This document shows, piece after piece, positions 11,251-25,115 of a DNA stretch of 64,000 bases. The notes under the pieces are model-generated. The model was not told where the DNA came from. It searched no databases and worked only from the letters and a program-made list of their open reading frames with translations. The stretch is from Podospora anserina (taxonomy: Eukaryota), in the NCBI GenBank assembly GCA_017654855.1, contig CM030332.1, forward strand, positions 4,650,001 to 4,714,000, read 5' to 3'. Within the stretch, counting starts at the first letter, position 1, and each line of letters opens with the position of its first letter. The position numbers and the translations under genes are program-made.

Positions 11251-11799
11251 GTTTGTCGCGCGCGCAGAAAGGGGCCTATGGTCGAAAGGATGATTTGTCT
11301 GTCTGGGGGTTCGTTCGGGCAACACCCTAAACCGGCGGCTTGCTGGATGGGGGACGGGACGGGAGAGGGGTCGACGGGAGGAGCTTGGGTGAGAGCGGTC
11401 TGGGTTGGCGGACGCGTTGTACGTGACAGCGGGCTGAAATAACACTGCTGAGCGCCGATGATTCGTGTGCGATGCGGCTCTTCGATGGTATGTTGGCCAA
11501 ATCTTTGGCTGACTTGGACTGGCCTTTAGGTTGGATTGATGGCCTGTGGTGGGGGACTTTTGCGCACTGTGGTGAAGAGGGTCCCAAAGCGAGGGGCAGG
11601 GACCTGGCATTATTTCTGCCGATGTACACCGCCTCCCCTATCAACATGACCCCCACGTAGTCTTCATGTGCAAGTCAACGACAATATATTGCAGCAGAAA
11701 ATCAAGACATGATTGTTGTGTCAATTGAAGCAATGCAGTTCAGTCACTGATCCAGCCACATCACCAATATATTCTAGCACACAATCCGAAGCCAAACCA

Positions 11800-13891
11800 T
11801 CAGACATCACCCCCCTGGAATCTCGCCTGAAATGCCTTGATCAGATCTCCCATCGACTTCTCATAGAGCTCCGGTTTACTCGTCGTATTCTTGACATACT
11901 CATTCTGCTCCAGCGCATCAACCCACTTCTTCCACCTCATCTCCAACAGAGGTTGCGTCCATCCCGGCAGTTGGTGAAGAAGGTAAGGCAAACGGATCGC
12001 GAAAGGGGCGAGGTGAATGTCGACAAGACTGAAGTGGTCACCCAAGAAGAACGGTCCGTTTTCTTCGGCGTGTTGGACCAGCTCGGCGATATCTCGCTCC
12101 AGCTTTTCCGCCGCTTGTCTCTTGGGTTCCTCTTCAGTAGCCGATACGAGGAGGTAAAATGATGGAACTATTCTTGAGTTTATCTGTTCACGCGATTAGT
12201 CCTGTTTCAAAAAAGAGATGATGAAGTGGATGTCGACATGGCCTTCTTACAAATTCTATCCACAGCCGACAATTTGCTTTCAATCTTGCATCAGTAGGCA
12301 GCAATACTAAATTTCCATGGCCTGAATCTACGAGCTTTTTCAACTAACTTGTCAGCATCGAAGGCGTATCACGACGAAGCATCAACGCCCAGGTGGGCAC
12401 AACACCTACATATTCAAGAATGACTGTGCTTTCTGCGCAAGCCCAGTCACCTTGTCGAATGGCGGGCACCAGGCCTCTCGGATTCGCTTCGAGCAGCAGG
12501 GTAGGCTTCGGCTTTTGCAGAGGGTAGATCTCGCAATATTGATAGTCAAACCCTTTGGCTTCCAGAGCAATCCAGACTCGTTGCGAAAAGGGGCTAATCG
12601 GCTGCCGTTAGCAGTGAGAGCTGAAGAGGGCCGAACGGCATTGCTCGCCTACCAGAAACAGGATGCGTAAAACTTGATCACGCCTTCTTTGGCATGCTTC
12701 TTTGCGGTCTCGGCGGCAAGCCCCGTTGCCTTCCAAGGTGATAATGACGACGGCTTTGGTGGGCGTTTCACATCCTTCTGTCGTTTCGACCGCTTCCGTT
12801 CCATCTCCTGCTCGGCCAACTCTCGATGTCTTGTGCTCTTCTTGATTTGATCACTCCTTGCCAAGTCATGTTTGTGCTCTGCAGGTTTGCCGTCGCCAAT
12901 GCCGTTTGTGACACTTCCGTTGATGCGTTGAAAAGTGTACAAAACTTGGTCCTGATGTCGGATACGCGCAAGAGCCTGCCCAAGTTCCGGATTGTTCGTG
13001 GCGGCAGCTTCCAGTTCTGCAGTAGAGCCTGGCTCATACTTGGTGATTTTTATCTTGACATCGCACAAGCCAAGACCGCGAGCATTTCGTTTCCTCTTCT
13101 TCTTCAGGGGGTCATCTGACTTTTTGGTTCCCGAAGGGCGGCCCTTGAGACGACAGTCATAATACTTCGCTTCAAAGGGCTTGCTTTTGTACTGTTGCGT
13201 CGAGCGGTGGCTGTAAATGTTGTCGATCCAGGGGAAGTACGCCTCGTACCTTGAAGCCGTTGTGTTCCGTTGAGTATACCATATTCACACAAGACAAATG
13301 AAAGGCTCAGACTCACTCCTCGTTGTTCAGTAACACGATATCCTCCAGATCGAACAACTTTTGTCTCCATGCTTTGACCGCCGAGGACTCCTCTCTCAGC
13401 GGAGTGACGCCATGCCCATGGTGTGATGTTGGCTGAGCGGGTGAGTTCGGTGTCACTGCAGGTGAGCTCAAGCCGTCAAAAAGGCCAGGCGTAGTGGAAG
13501 ACGCAGGTGTGTCGGTATGCCTCCCGACCTCCTGGCCTTGGCGCTGATGAGGCAGTTGCTTTCTCTGGTGTGTTTGTTGCTGTCGATGCTGGTGTGCTTC
13601 ATGGGCCACGGTACTGATTTCAGCTCGACGGTTGTTATAGTTGCTGGCATACCCACTCAAGTCAGCGGGAAAGACAGGACTATTGCCCGGAAAACTATCA
13701 ACTTGTGGCACACTTAGAGCAGGTAGGCCATGGGTCGAGTGAGAGTGTTGGATTTGTTGCGAATCCCCAGCTTCCCGGCCGCTGTGAAGGTGAAGTTGAT
13801 GCTGCGGTCCGTGATGTGGGTGTAAGTGCAGTGGGGAGCGGCTTGAAGAACGGGGCCCAGCTTCAACGCCAGGCACATACAATGAATCCAT
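11800..13891 (-). CDS. Cys-type (omega-like) glutathione S-transferase with a long N-terminal extension holding a putative C-C-H-x-H zinc/DNA-binding domain; 5 exons
   Basis: Spliced GST-N: FYASCFCPFSQRVWIALEAKG..NPRGLVPAI..AESTVILEY. GST-C: GPFFLGDHFSLVDIHLAPF. Intron 13316-13250 joins to YEAYFPWIDNIYSHRSTQQYK..YDCRLKG..LCDVKIKI..EHKHDL, in the same exon as the GST start. Confidence 0.85.
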
Positions 13892-14419
13892 GATCGGTTT
13901 TCGCAGACATAACTCGAGACGGAGCCTTGCGTGTGGATATACACAGGCTTCAACTTGCAGTGGTCATGATACTCTTCTTAACCAAGCTTAGTCCCCAGTG
14001 ACGAATCACGAGTAGGCTACCACTCCTGGCATGCAGTTAGTCTGAAGAATCCCAACTGCGGTATGAGATATCGAGAACCGTGGAGGTCAGGGTGAAGGAT
14101 GCCGGGCGTCGGCAGCGGCAAAGAGGAAGTCTGCTGAAAGGCTGAAGGCCAGTCGAGGGGTTGCCTTGCCGTTGCACGGACCACACATATCAGCCTGGAT
14201 GGGCTTGGCGCCCATGATCACAGTGCCTCGTTCCCGAACGAGAGGTGAGATTGGGGATGTTGGTATGCTGATTTATTATATCAGGCACCTATAGAGCGCC
14301 CAATTCGATGATGATAGTAAGGTAGCAAGTGCTGCTCCAAGAACCTAACTCTCTGTTGTTCTATATCCAACTTGGCGCAATCCTCAGCCATACTACTCCA
14401 ACTGTTGTTATAGACACCA

Positions 14420-17400
14420 CTATGAATAGTCGTCTCTGTTTTCCGACCGGGTGCCGCTGATAATGCTCCCCGCATCACTGGCTGATTGACCCTCCAGCTC
14501 TGAATCGCTCCCTCCAATACGTCTCGAAGCATCGCTTATCGGCCTGAATACACCACTCGAGGGTATCTCTAGTCTCGCCATAAGCCCGTTCCCTGCCACC
14601 ACCCCCCTATCCGGTCGTCCCCGTGTTGGGATGTTTACCATTTCCATAGCTTCTCGAAGCGTATCTCCAGTCTCATCAAGCGCGGCCAAAAAGCGCGCGA
14701 GCTCCTTGCATAGCTCCCAATCCTCTTCGAGCATCGCTCGACTCAACAGGCGCACACTCTGTTCGCTCGCAGTCGCCAACTCGTCGAATGTATGAAGAAC
14801 CAGGAGGTACCCGCCCGCTGTCTTGAGGCTCCCACGCTGAAGGCTTTCTTCGAACAGCTCCTGGGGGGGGGGTAGATAGGCGAATAAGGTGCGCCAGGAG
14901 CGAAGTTCGGTTTTGCGTGTACATTGCACAACAATGTCGAGGTACTGCTTGAAGCATGACAGAAGAGACAGCACACGAGGCAGAATTGCATTCTCAGGTG
15001 CCGGAGGCGGATGCGCGTCCACTTCCTCGTCCAAGACATGATGCAGCAGCACCTCGAGAGCGTGCGCAAAATATTCAAGGTGCTCATGCTCCCGGGCAAG
15101 TTGTAACGCCTCTGTAGACTTATTCGCAACCAAATATGACCGGAGGATATCGGGTAGGAAAAGGTGTGTCTGCAGACAGTGTTAGTCGAAGGTGTCTGGA
15201 TAAAATTTATCTGAGAAACCCTTACCCTGATACAAAAACGGAAGAATGAAAAATTGATATCACGGCGTTGAATCAGCTCTGATTCGACACCGAGGATGAT
15301 CGCCTTTCCGAGAAGTGTCGAAAGTGGATAGAAGTCGACAGGTATAGAAATCATGGATGGTATGTCCCTTGACACTTCCCCCGATATCGCCTTCAGCACG
15401 GGATCCATATCCGCCCAGGCTTTGAGCTCGGTGCCATCAAAGATCCAGAGAGAATCCTGCAGACTTGGATCGGAGGGCCCGTTTTGAAGTTCGCCTGATC
15501 TCTGCGAGGCCACTTCCAAGAACGGCTGGTCCCTCATACTGGTATAATACTCGACATTGTGACGGATGACACGCATGTCGTATTTCAGGTTATTCTCTTG
15601 AACCGAAGGTCGCAACAACACCAGCTTCCCATCTACCAGAAACAAGACAGATGCGTGGGCAACATCCTGTGATGGATCACCCTCCAGCAGTTGTCGCTCC
15701 GGCAAAATCCAGCTCAGTCCTCTCACTCTTGCAGGTGATCTCACAATGCCGTGAAATGCGATATGGCCGACCTCTATCAGCCGAATCGAGCCTGATACGG
15801 GGGCAAAGATGTAGTGATATAACAGATTGTCGTATGTGTAGGCCAATAGTGAGTCTTCACCTGTGGGAGTGATGAGAACCACGGGTGCCGACATCTGTTG
15901 AACAAACAGAGCCGTACCGCTATCAAGGGCCGCCTCGCGAGAATATAGACGCAGCTCGAAAGACCTGTTGGCCTCGACAGCAGCTACCAGTATATTCTGG
16001 TACCAACACAGCCCTCCTCTTACTTGAAACTCGTTTTCCAAGGCATCGTTGGCAAAAGTCTTCCACCGGCCACTGTTCACGCTGTAATGCGCCAGCCCTC
16101 TCCGGCCCGCAACAGCAACATACCGGCCATCAGCCGATATGGCCGTACACTTGATCGGCCATTGATTGAGCAGATAGGTAGATGGTATTCTGGCTGTGTG
16201 CCAGAGCGAAGGCTCAGCAGAGATGGATGTGAGGTCAGGCAAGTCATAGCCTCTGTAGACCATGACGCTCGCGGTGCTTTGGAGAACGGTGCGAAACAAG
16301 TTTGCAGGACTGTAGCAGCCAGTAACTGCGCTTCGTGCCATTTCCAAAAGCCAAATTGCATCGTGGTTCTTGTTGGTCAAGAGCAGCTCACAAGCGCCAC
16401 CGACCCAAGCAGCATCCAGGACTCCAGAGAGCCACTCCTCTCCGTTTGTCGAAGCAATCAAATGATCAGCATGAAAGCTGCTGCTGAGTGGCTTTCCGTA
16501 TACGCTCCACGTGGCCCATCCCTTCTCGTACCCGGCAAACAAGCAGTAGCCATCTGGTGAGTAGCTCAGCGTGGTAAGCTTTCCCGATGCACCAGGAGAG
16601 ACAGGAACACTGTGGGTATGGGAAGATGGGATGTTTCCAGAATAATCGCGAGCCGAATACACGCGGACAGTGCCATCTGCGCAACTAACGGCGATTAATG
16701 AGAACCGAGCATTGATCACGCACCGTACAGCATGATGCTGCTCAGTGCTTGGTACATGAAAGCAATAACCCTTGAATAACTTCTTGGGGTCTGGTGGTTC
16801 GTCAGACTCGCTCGACTTCTGATTTGGATTCAGCCGCTGGACCGCATATGCCTTTCCATCACTCGTTATCCAGGTCGAAAGATTCATAGGCCTGTCGTGC
16901 GTCATCTCTTTGACTGTGACCTTTTTCTCCAGCCAAGCCATTCTGCTCAGTAATTCCGTGGTGGTCTGGCTGCCCGAGCTGTCGGGTGACCAGCGTATGC
17001 ACTGTACAGCGGCAGGCTTGCGCGTAGCCACCACCAACTCATCATCCAACGCCAAAGCGCTCTCGATCCCAGCATCCACCTTAATCACCATCCGGAAGCG
17101 AATGCTCACATCTCGCACGCCGGCCCCTTCACCTGGGCCCCACAGTATCTGATCTGGGGCAGTGTGTCCAGGATCCCCAGCGTGGCTTTGGCGTCTGCGC
17201 TGAACATTGGTATGGCTTGCAAAATGCGGTTTGTATACTCGGGACTCGGCATCTGTGGCCAGGGAATAGGTTATCAGATATCCCAGGCTTGTATGTACAA
17301 CAAATATGGCAGAGTCGGGTCGCAAAAGCAAGTTGATGTTCGTTCCATAAGATTCGAGAGAGGCTTCTGATCGCACGACCACGGCAAGGACGACAGTAGG

Positions 17401-17869
17401 CTAGTAATACGGTGTCAGTACCTCAGCGCAAGGCGCATATCAAGCTTCAGAAGGAGACAGCTGTTCCCACCTTGGTCTGCCACACCGTCATGGAGGTGGG
17501 TGTGATGGTAGCGAAGAGGTGACCGGACCGAGCCACGCGCAAAGCAACAACGGGTTCGTGAAGGGGAATGCCAGGGAGTTCTGGTCCTGGAGAATGCTCA
17601 GGGGTTCCGTCTTCTGGATAGTCATGCTCGACAGATTTGATGCCCGGCGTCATTGGCGTCATGGGGGTGGGAGGTGGAAGCAGCCCATCCTGGCTCGTTG
17701 ACGGGTTGGGCGATAACAGAGACGAATTCTGGTCAGGTCTTTGTCCCGAGGCTCCTGCGCTGGGAGTGGGAGGCGGCAAGCCATCGTGAGACACAGAGCT
17801 GGGAAGGGCGCCGGGCTGGCGAACGGTGTTGGTCGCATATATTCGCGGGGTTCCAAGCGGCCAGTACAT
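14420..17869 (-). CDS. RIC1: RIC1 (Ypt6/Rab6 GEF subunit; WD40 plus RIC1 domain); introns 17470-17401 and 15225-15170
   Basis: N-terminal MYWPLGTP; YLLNQWPIK..DGRYVAVAGRRGLAHYS..RWKTF; RIC1 domain YFAHALEVLLH..DIVVQCTRKTELRSW..LF. Confidence 0.9.
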
Positions 17870-18909
17870 GGCTGCTTCACGGCGGCTTCATGCGCATCCA
17901 CTGACCACGACCTCGGTATCCTTGGACCCAGCGCGTCGACGTCAATTCATGACGGGATGGAATCGAATTAGTCAAGAGGCGTTACCGACGACTGCATCAA
18001 AAGCCCCGGCCAACGGTTTGTCCAAAAGCAAGACGGACAATGCAGGACAAGACCATCCGATTTGGTTGAAAGGAGGTTGACAGGTGTGATCTGGTCCAGA
18101 TGTCCGCTACTGTAGGCCCCACTTGTATTGTGTCCAAGTGGGGTCCATCCTAGACAACTGATACTTGTTGAACTGCTAGTGAGAGACACCATAACAACCT
18201 CTCTCCTCCAGCAGATATACCGCCCAACACCATGCTGATGGTGTTCCGTATATGCTGAGCACATTTTCGGCTCCAGGAAACTATATCCTGTCTCTCTCTA
18301 AGATCTCGCTTTCTTATTCCCTGCTGCATTATATGGTTGTAGCGTGGGTCCCTTGTCTGGTAGATATCTCCCGTGCTAACGTTTCTCATTCACCCCAATT
18401 CAGACTTCGATCTTTTCTTTCTTTACTGTTCTTCAGTGACCTCTGGCGATGTAGTCTTTGTTTTCCACTTGCGTAACCTTGGAAGCTCCACAGCAATGAA
18501 TGACTACATGAGCCCACATATGCAAAACACAGGTCAATGTGTAGTTGGGTGGTCCGTAGCCTGTATTTTAGGGACTACCCGCTGCTTACAGTGACCAGAG
18601 TCGCTACGTGTCCCAAGAAGTGGGGCAACCCGGAACTTTGGGGTGCGGCTAAGATTCGGCAACTGCCGAGCTGATCTCCAACATCCACTCATTCGTCATT
18701 GCTACTTCGCGTCTCCTGTCACGCCTGGATTATCGATTTCATGTGAATATTGAGCAGGCGCATTAGAGTTGACCCGGCATTTAAAGCACTGCAGGACCAA
18801 CCAACCCTACACGTCGCTTGACATTTCGTCCTTTCTCCGTCATCGCTCAGCGGAGACAGGGCCATTCTCTCACTAATACGTCGTCGCCAATATTTTGATA
18901 TCTTTGAAG

Positions 18910-20220
18910 ATGCCACCTCCAGTTCGCAATAGACAGAGCCTATCCAAGGACAAGTTTGCGGGATACTTTGCACCACTGAAAAGTCAGACGTACCACGAAT
19001 CCACCCAATCTAGAGGAGGCGGAGTTGGAAGGTTAGTTCTCTAATCTGAACGTCTTGTGGTAGGCATGGCTCATTCGAATCCAATTCCAGTATTCGCTCG
19101 ATAGCTTGGAATCCCGTTGGAAGCCTTGTCGCAACTGGTTCGGCTGACAGAACCCTTCGTGTTTGTAAGCGATTCAGATATCACCTAGCCACCACCAGTC
19201 AAAGCTCACAAGCATGCTAGGGAATCCTGAAAAGCCCAATGCGCGGTTCTCGACCGATTTAAAGGGTCATGCTGCAGGCATTGAGAAAGTGGCCTTCAAT
19301 CCCGTCAAGGATGCAGAACTTTGCAGTCTCAGCAAGGACGGTGTTGCCAAGTTCTGGGATGTAAGAACGAAAGCCTGTGTGAACGAGGTCAAGGACCTTG
19401 GAGATGCACACGCCCTCGCCTGGGCCCCTGATGGGTCCTCACTTCTTGTAGGAAACAGGGTGAGTTTACCAAATGACTTGTCACTGCAGCATGGACGACT
19501 GACTTGGCTTGAACGTAAACAGAGTGGCGGGCTTTTCCGAATCTCGCCAACCGAGTCCGCCATTCTTTCATCTCATCCACAGCCCGTTGAGGCGTACCAG
19601 ATGTCCTTTTGTTGGTCGGGCAAGAAAGTATTTCTCCCGACAAGGGAAGGAAGTATCCGCATCTTGTCTTATCCTGAGCTGGAGCCGATTCTGCACGTCA
19701 ACCATGCCGTCAAGCCTGGCGAGTCAGATGAGTTTATTCTCAAGGGCCACACAGCCCCATGCCTGACGACCGAACTGTCACCCACCGGAAAGTACCTTGC
19801 AACAGGAGGGGGGGACGCAATTATGTCTCTATTTGAGACCCAAGACTGGATCTGCAAGCGTACGAATACACGCATTGTCGGGCCAGTGAAGAGCATCAGT
19901 ATGACAACAAACCCCCCATCATGGCCTGTACATTCATGCTAATCTGATTATAGGCTTCACGTTCGATGGTCGATATGTCGTCGGTGCCTGTGAAGACAGT
20001 ATGGCAGTCTGTCACCTTTCTAAAATAGAAAACCTGATGCTAATTCGATCTTACAGGCCCTGGTTTGGATGTCACCCATACAGAGACAGGGGAGCATATT
20101 CACACGTTCAAAACAGCTGGACCTTGTCATGCCTTAGCGTGGGCGCCAACTAGGTATTGTCTGGCCTATAGTGATCTGGGGATTCTACGCATCATTGGAC
20201 TCGATGCGGATAGAAAATAA
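18910..20220 (+). CDS. TEX1: WD40 protein, THO/TREX subunit Tex1/THOC3-like; 5 introns
   Basis: Spliced translation SIRSIAWNPVGSLVATGSADRTLRVWNPEK..LKGHAAGIEKVAFNP..KFWDVR..LKGHTAPC..GKYLATGGGDA..WICKRT..SFTFDGRYV..ALAWAP, the THOC3 pattern. Confidence 0.8.
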
Positions 20221-22182
20221 GGGGCAATGGGCTGCCAGACGACGGCACATAAATCAGCAGTGTGGTAAGCTGCCCCAGATTCAAGGCGAATGGTGCCCAG
20301 GCTTGTTGATACGTCTAGCCCCTTGCGTTCGCTCATTCCAACAATCGCCGGGGGAGGCTCGGCATGGAGACAAGCGAGCTTTCGGCCAGGTGTGGCCGTG
20401 ACGGCAGGGCTATCAGCACGGTGCAAAATTACCCCGACTTGACGACCATTTTCAGGGACGGCTATGGGATCGCCATAGATCGAGGTGGCTGTGCGATGGG
20501 CCCTGTCTGGGAGATACTTTTGAAGGCAAAAATATATATGCTAATGACGGAAACCACGTGGAAGAGATGTAAGTCCAGGCGAGACGGGTCGTGAAACCAC
20601 GGCCCATGGGAGGAAGTTGTACGTTGAAAACAGAGCTCATGTGGTACAGCTATCATGTATTGTTACGGACCACGCAGTATGGCAGGCCCCATACGCTAGC
20701 GAAATGCTTCCATCAATGAAGATAATGATTACAGCCTACTCTTTTACACTGACCTAGCAGTTGTGGACAGGAAAAGCCTTGTCCTCTTACCACTTTTTAA
20801 ACTTCACAACCACAGCAACAAGGATTTTCTGAACTCCAGGGAATTAGTTAGCCAATCAGAGCGTCATCAGATAGAGGAAGATGCAGAGAAGGGTGTGGAA
20901 CAGATAATCTGGCGGGCTGTGACTATTAATAATACTACCTACCATACAGGGGACAAAGGGATGCATCAGAGAGGCACAATTGGGTGCGTCTGACGCTTCA
21001 CAACTCTCACAAATACAGAACACAAACTGTGAAAATAAACTGTGTATACAACAGACGGGAGGGTAGATAGGCTGGGAGAGATAAATGGGGCTGAAGCATA
21101 AATGTTTGCTCAAGTCGACCACCTAGGCCTGAATAGTACAAGGGCCCGTGATGTTTCTAAAAACGGTCTTCCATCGCAAGCCCGAGATGCAGGTGCTTGG
21201 CCGTTGGGATGATCGATTCGGCGGGGCCCGTTGAGCTGTGCTGGTAGCGCATCGTCAACGGGGCGGGCGGAAACCTGGAAGGAGGGGTCATCATCAAACG
21301 GTAACGTGGGGATGGCAAGCTCTATCAAAAGGATACCGTGTGCTGTTTCTCCATTGGTCTGTCGTCGCTGGATGTGGGACACGACTGCGGCGCTGTTGCC
21401 TTGCGCACCAAAGGGAAGAGGGTTCTGTACATTTGCTTCATTTGGCTGCCACTGCTAGCTTCGCATCGCATCCATTTCATTTGCATGGTTGTGGGACTTT
21501 CAAACGGCCTAGAGAGAACTATACCGTGACCCTCTCCCAGGGTTCCAATTCCGACCGTGTCACTTCAGTGTGATTAGAGACTGTCCGCGAATAGCACCTC
21601 GTAGGGCCGGACGGGGGCATCTGATACATTACATACTTCTCTCCTACCTACCCTTCATCTGCGCTCCATTAATTCCCTTACCGCTCTCTCTCACTTTCGA
21701 CATCTCACAGCCCGAGTCAATCCTCGGTGTCCCTGGCTGCGTATTCCCCGTGTTGTTGCACGACTTGCTCAAGTACACCCCCTCGCCGCCAATTATTTAC
21801 TAGCAAAGCCTCAAAAAAGCGGAACGTCGATCAGCTGAAAGTGCCAGGTCCCAAGGACGTGGACACGGCACCTTTGCCTTTTCCACCTTAATTACTTCCC
21901 CAACACCAACTCAACGAGTGCGCCGGACCTACCCCGTTCTGCCGCAACCCAGCTCTTCGTCTTCTATGATAACCCCTCCGAGCACCGGATCTCAGTTGCG
22001 CTGTCACCGGAAGCGCTTGTGCACAGTGGTACTAATAGGCGATTGAGAGATACACAGTCCGGAGAATTCACATTGAAAGCTCGCCTGGCCATACCATTGG
22101 AGCCCGCAGCCTGGGCAAAGGACCCCAACGACTTTATACTCTACCAATTCCCACTTTTGGTTGCAAAGCAACGTGTTACACT

Positions 22183-25115
22183 ATGTCGTCCTCTTCTTCA
22201 ACTACTCCTCCTGACACCATCATGTTGTCGGATCCCACTGCCGATATTGGAGACGCCGTCAATCGCATTGACGTACCAGCTGGAGGCAACTCAAGCGTCC
22301 CAAAGACGAAACGGCTGGCTTGTATGATATGCAGGAAAAGGAAGCTGAAGTGTGATGGCATCAAACCTAGCTGCAGCACCTGCTCCCGTCTCGGGCACGC
22401 CTGTCAGTATGATGAAGTCAGGAGAAAGAGCGGGCCCAAGAGAGGCTATGTGAAGGCGCTGGAAGAACGATTGAGTATGTAGTCTTGGTTTCGGCGAACC
22501 CGGCCGACTGTTATGTCTATGAGACATGTGCTAATTCATGCCATGCAGAACAAGTTGAGACCATGCTTAAGTCCCAGGAGGTCACGTCAACAAGTCCGGA
22601 TGGAAGCAAAGCCATGCCCACATCTGTCGACAGCGGATCGAAGCAACAGCGCCCTATGAACCAACGAGCCGCTGCGACGGCAAACTTCAATGTCACAGAT
22701 CCATCCATCGGGATCGCAAGCAGCCGGGACATGGATCGATGGCCATTCAACCCCGAGTCTCCGAACAGGGTCGACGAGTTCAACTTCAATAGTAACATGA
22801 TGGGGATGAGCGCAGTCGATGGAAACTTCACGTGGGAGATGATTGGGCTGGGGCTGGAAGAGCCATTACCTCCCCAAGAGACCATCGATGAACTGTAAGC
22901 GAAGGCTGTATCCTGGTTATAGGAACCCTCCTCGCTAACGTTCTCCTAGTCACCAGATTTACTTTGAAAAGATTCACCCTTCAGTACCCATGATTCACAA
23001 ATACCGGTATCTGGCTGCTATGAACCTGTAGGTGGCCATCATTAAGCCAAGATTCGACACACGGCTGACAACTTGACAGCGCCCCTGCACAACGCCCGCC
23101 TGTCTGCCTCCGGTATGCCATGTGGACATTGGCATGTTCTGTCACCGAAAAATATCAAAATCTCAAGGACCTTTTCTACCAGAGGGCACGAAAATATGTT
23201 GAAGCGGATTACATCAAGGGGTACGGTGAACACATGATCTCGGTAGCTCATGCGCAAACGCATGTCCTTCTTTCGTCGTATGAGTTCAAGTGGATGTACT
23301 TTCCTCGAGCGTGGATGAGCACAGGTTCAGCTGTCCGGCTGTGTCAGATGTGAGTGATGCCATGCATGATCGGGCTATGAGGTGTGCTAACAATGTACCA
23401 GGATTGGCCTCCACCGCCTGGATGGTGCTGGTCTGGATGTGAAGCAGTGCCTACCACCAGCTCGTGACTGGACAGAGCGGGAAGAAAGGAGGAGGACATT
23501 CTGGATGGTTTTCTGCCAAGATCGATATGCGAGTATCGGCACGGGGTGGCCTATGACTATTGACGAAAAGGACATCCTGACGAACCTCCCATCATCAGAC
23601 GAAGCGTTCGAACATAGTCGCCCCGAACAAACGCCATCCCTCGCAAACGCCATGAGCCCTCAAGGTGCCGGGAAACTCACGGCTTTTGGCGGCATTGTTC
23701 TTTTGGCTTGTTTATTTGGTCGCAACCTCGTACACCTCCATCGTCCAGATGCAGACGAGCGCGACCACGACCTCAATGGCGACTTCTGGAAGAGACATCG
23801 TCAGCTGGACAACATTCTACTCAACACCTCTCTATGTCTGCCTTCCAAGCTCAAACTGCCAAACGGCTTGACGAACCCCAATATTGTCTTCATGAACATG
23901 TGCATACACACCTCCACCATTTGCCTTCACCAGGCTGCCATCTTCAAGGCAGACAAGAACAGGTTACCAAACTCGGTGAGCTCGGAAAGCAAAGTCCGTT
24001 GCATCACATCAGCCAACGAGATCGCAAGCATAATGAGAATGATATCTCATCTCGACTTGTCCGCGGTACGGCATTTCTTCAAGTTTTCCAAGGTTTTATC
24101 ATTGCTGACGTCTGTCCAGATGAACCCCTTTATATCTTTCTGTCTTTACGTCTCAGCTCGGGTGTTTGTACAGTATCTCAAGAGCAGGCCCGACGACAGC
24201 CAAACCGCCGATTCGTTACGCTTCCTTCTTGCGGCCATGAGTGCCCTCAAGAAACGAAACCCTCTGACAGAATCCTTCCTGGTTCAGTTGGACGTGGATC
24301 TAGAAGCCCTTGGTGTGCGAATTCCAAAACTGAAGAGCGCTTTTCCACGAAGCACCGATAGTGTATGTCGCTTCCATCTACCTTGTTCAAGCATATAAAT
24401 TTCTAACATCCTTTTGCAGCCGGGTCCGTCAAGGAATCCACATTCGAGCCAACTCAACCGCGTTCGCGAGGAAGCGACCAGGAATGGTGTACCCTACACC
24501 AACGAATGCCACTTCTTGAAGGGCATGGGCGACGACGGCAACCCAGCAAACGCACCTGATATCGTCGAAGCCGACTCCCCGAACCCAAACATCTCTGGAT
24601 TCCCAGCGACAGAGCCAGCCAACCTCCCAACACGCGAACGCGCCCAGGCTCCCTATTTACCAGCACAGGGACTAATGCCACACAGCTATCCAGAATATGG
24701 TGCCCCAGAAATAGACCCAGGCAACAACGACATGTCCGGCACATCACCCAGCGGCGGGCAGTCAAGCCGACCAACGCCGAATTCGAGCACCGCATCCGAG
24801 ACGCTTTCTAATCTGACGCCTGGGGGGAATACGTTCGAGACGACAAGTCCGCCTACATCGCTGAAGAATCTGATGAATATGCCGGGGACTACAACGCAGG
24901 GAGAGATGGGGGCGAATAATGCTGGTTTTAATTTCAACGACCCGCCTTTTGTGTTGGGCTCTGGGGTGTCGGAGTATCCTGTGCCGAGCGGATGGGGAGG
25001 GGCGGGGGACATGTCTGTGCAGGCGGGGATGACGCCGGGGACAGAGAGAATGCTGCAGTCGATGATGGCCGGGTCGATAGATGCTATGGATATGGGGTGG
25101 GATCCGAATACGTAG
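22183..25115 (+). CDS. Zn(II)2Cys6 transcription factor with fungal-specific middle homology region; about 6 introns
   Basis: ACMICRKRKLKCDGIKPSCSTCSRLGHAC binuclear cluster; coiled coil YVKALEERL; MHR motif EREERRRTFWMVFCQDRYAS. Confidence 0.9.
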
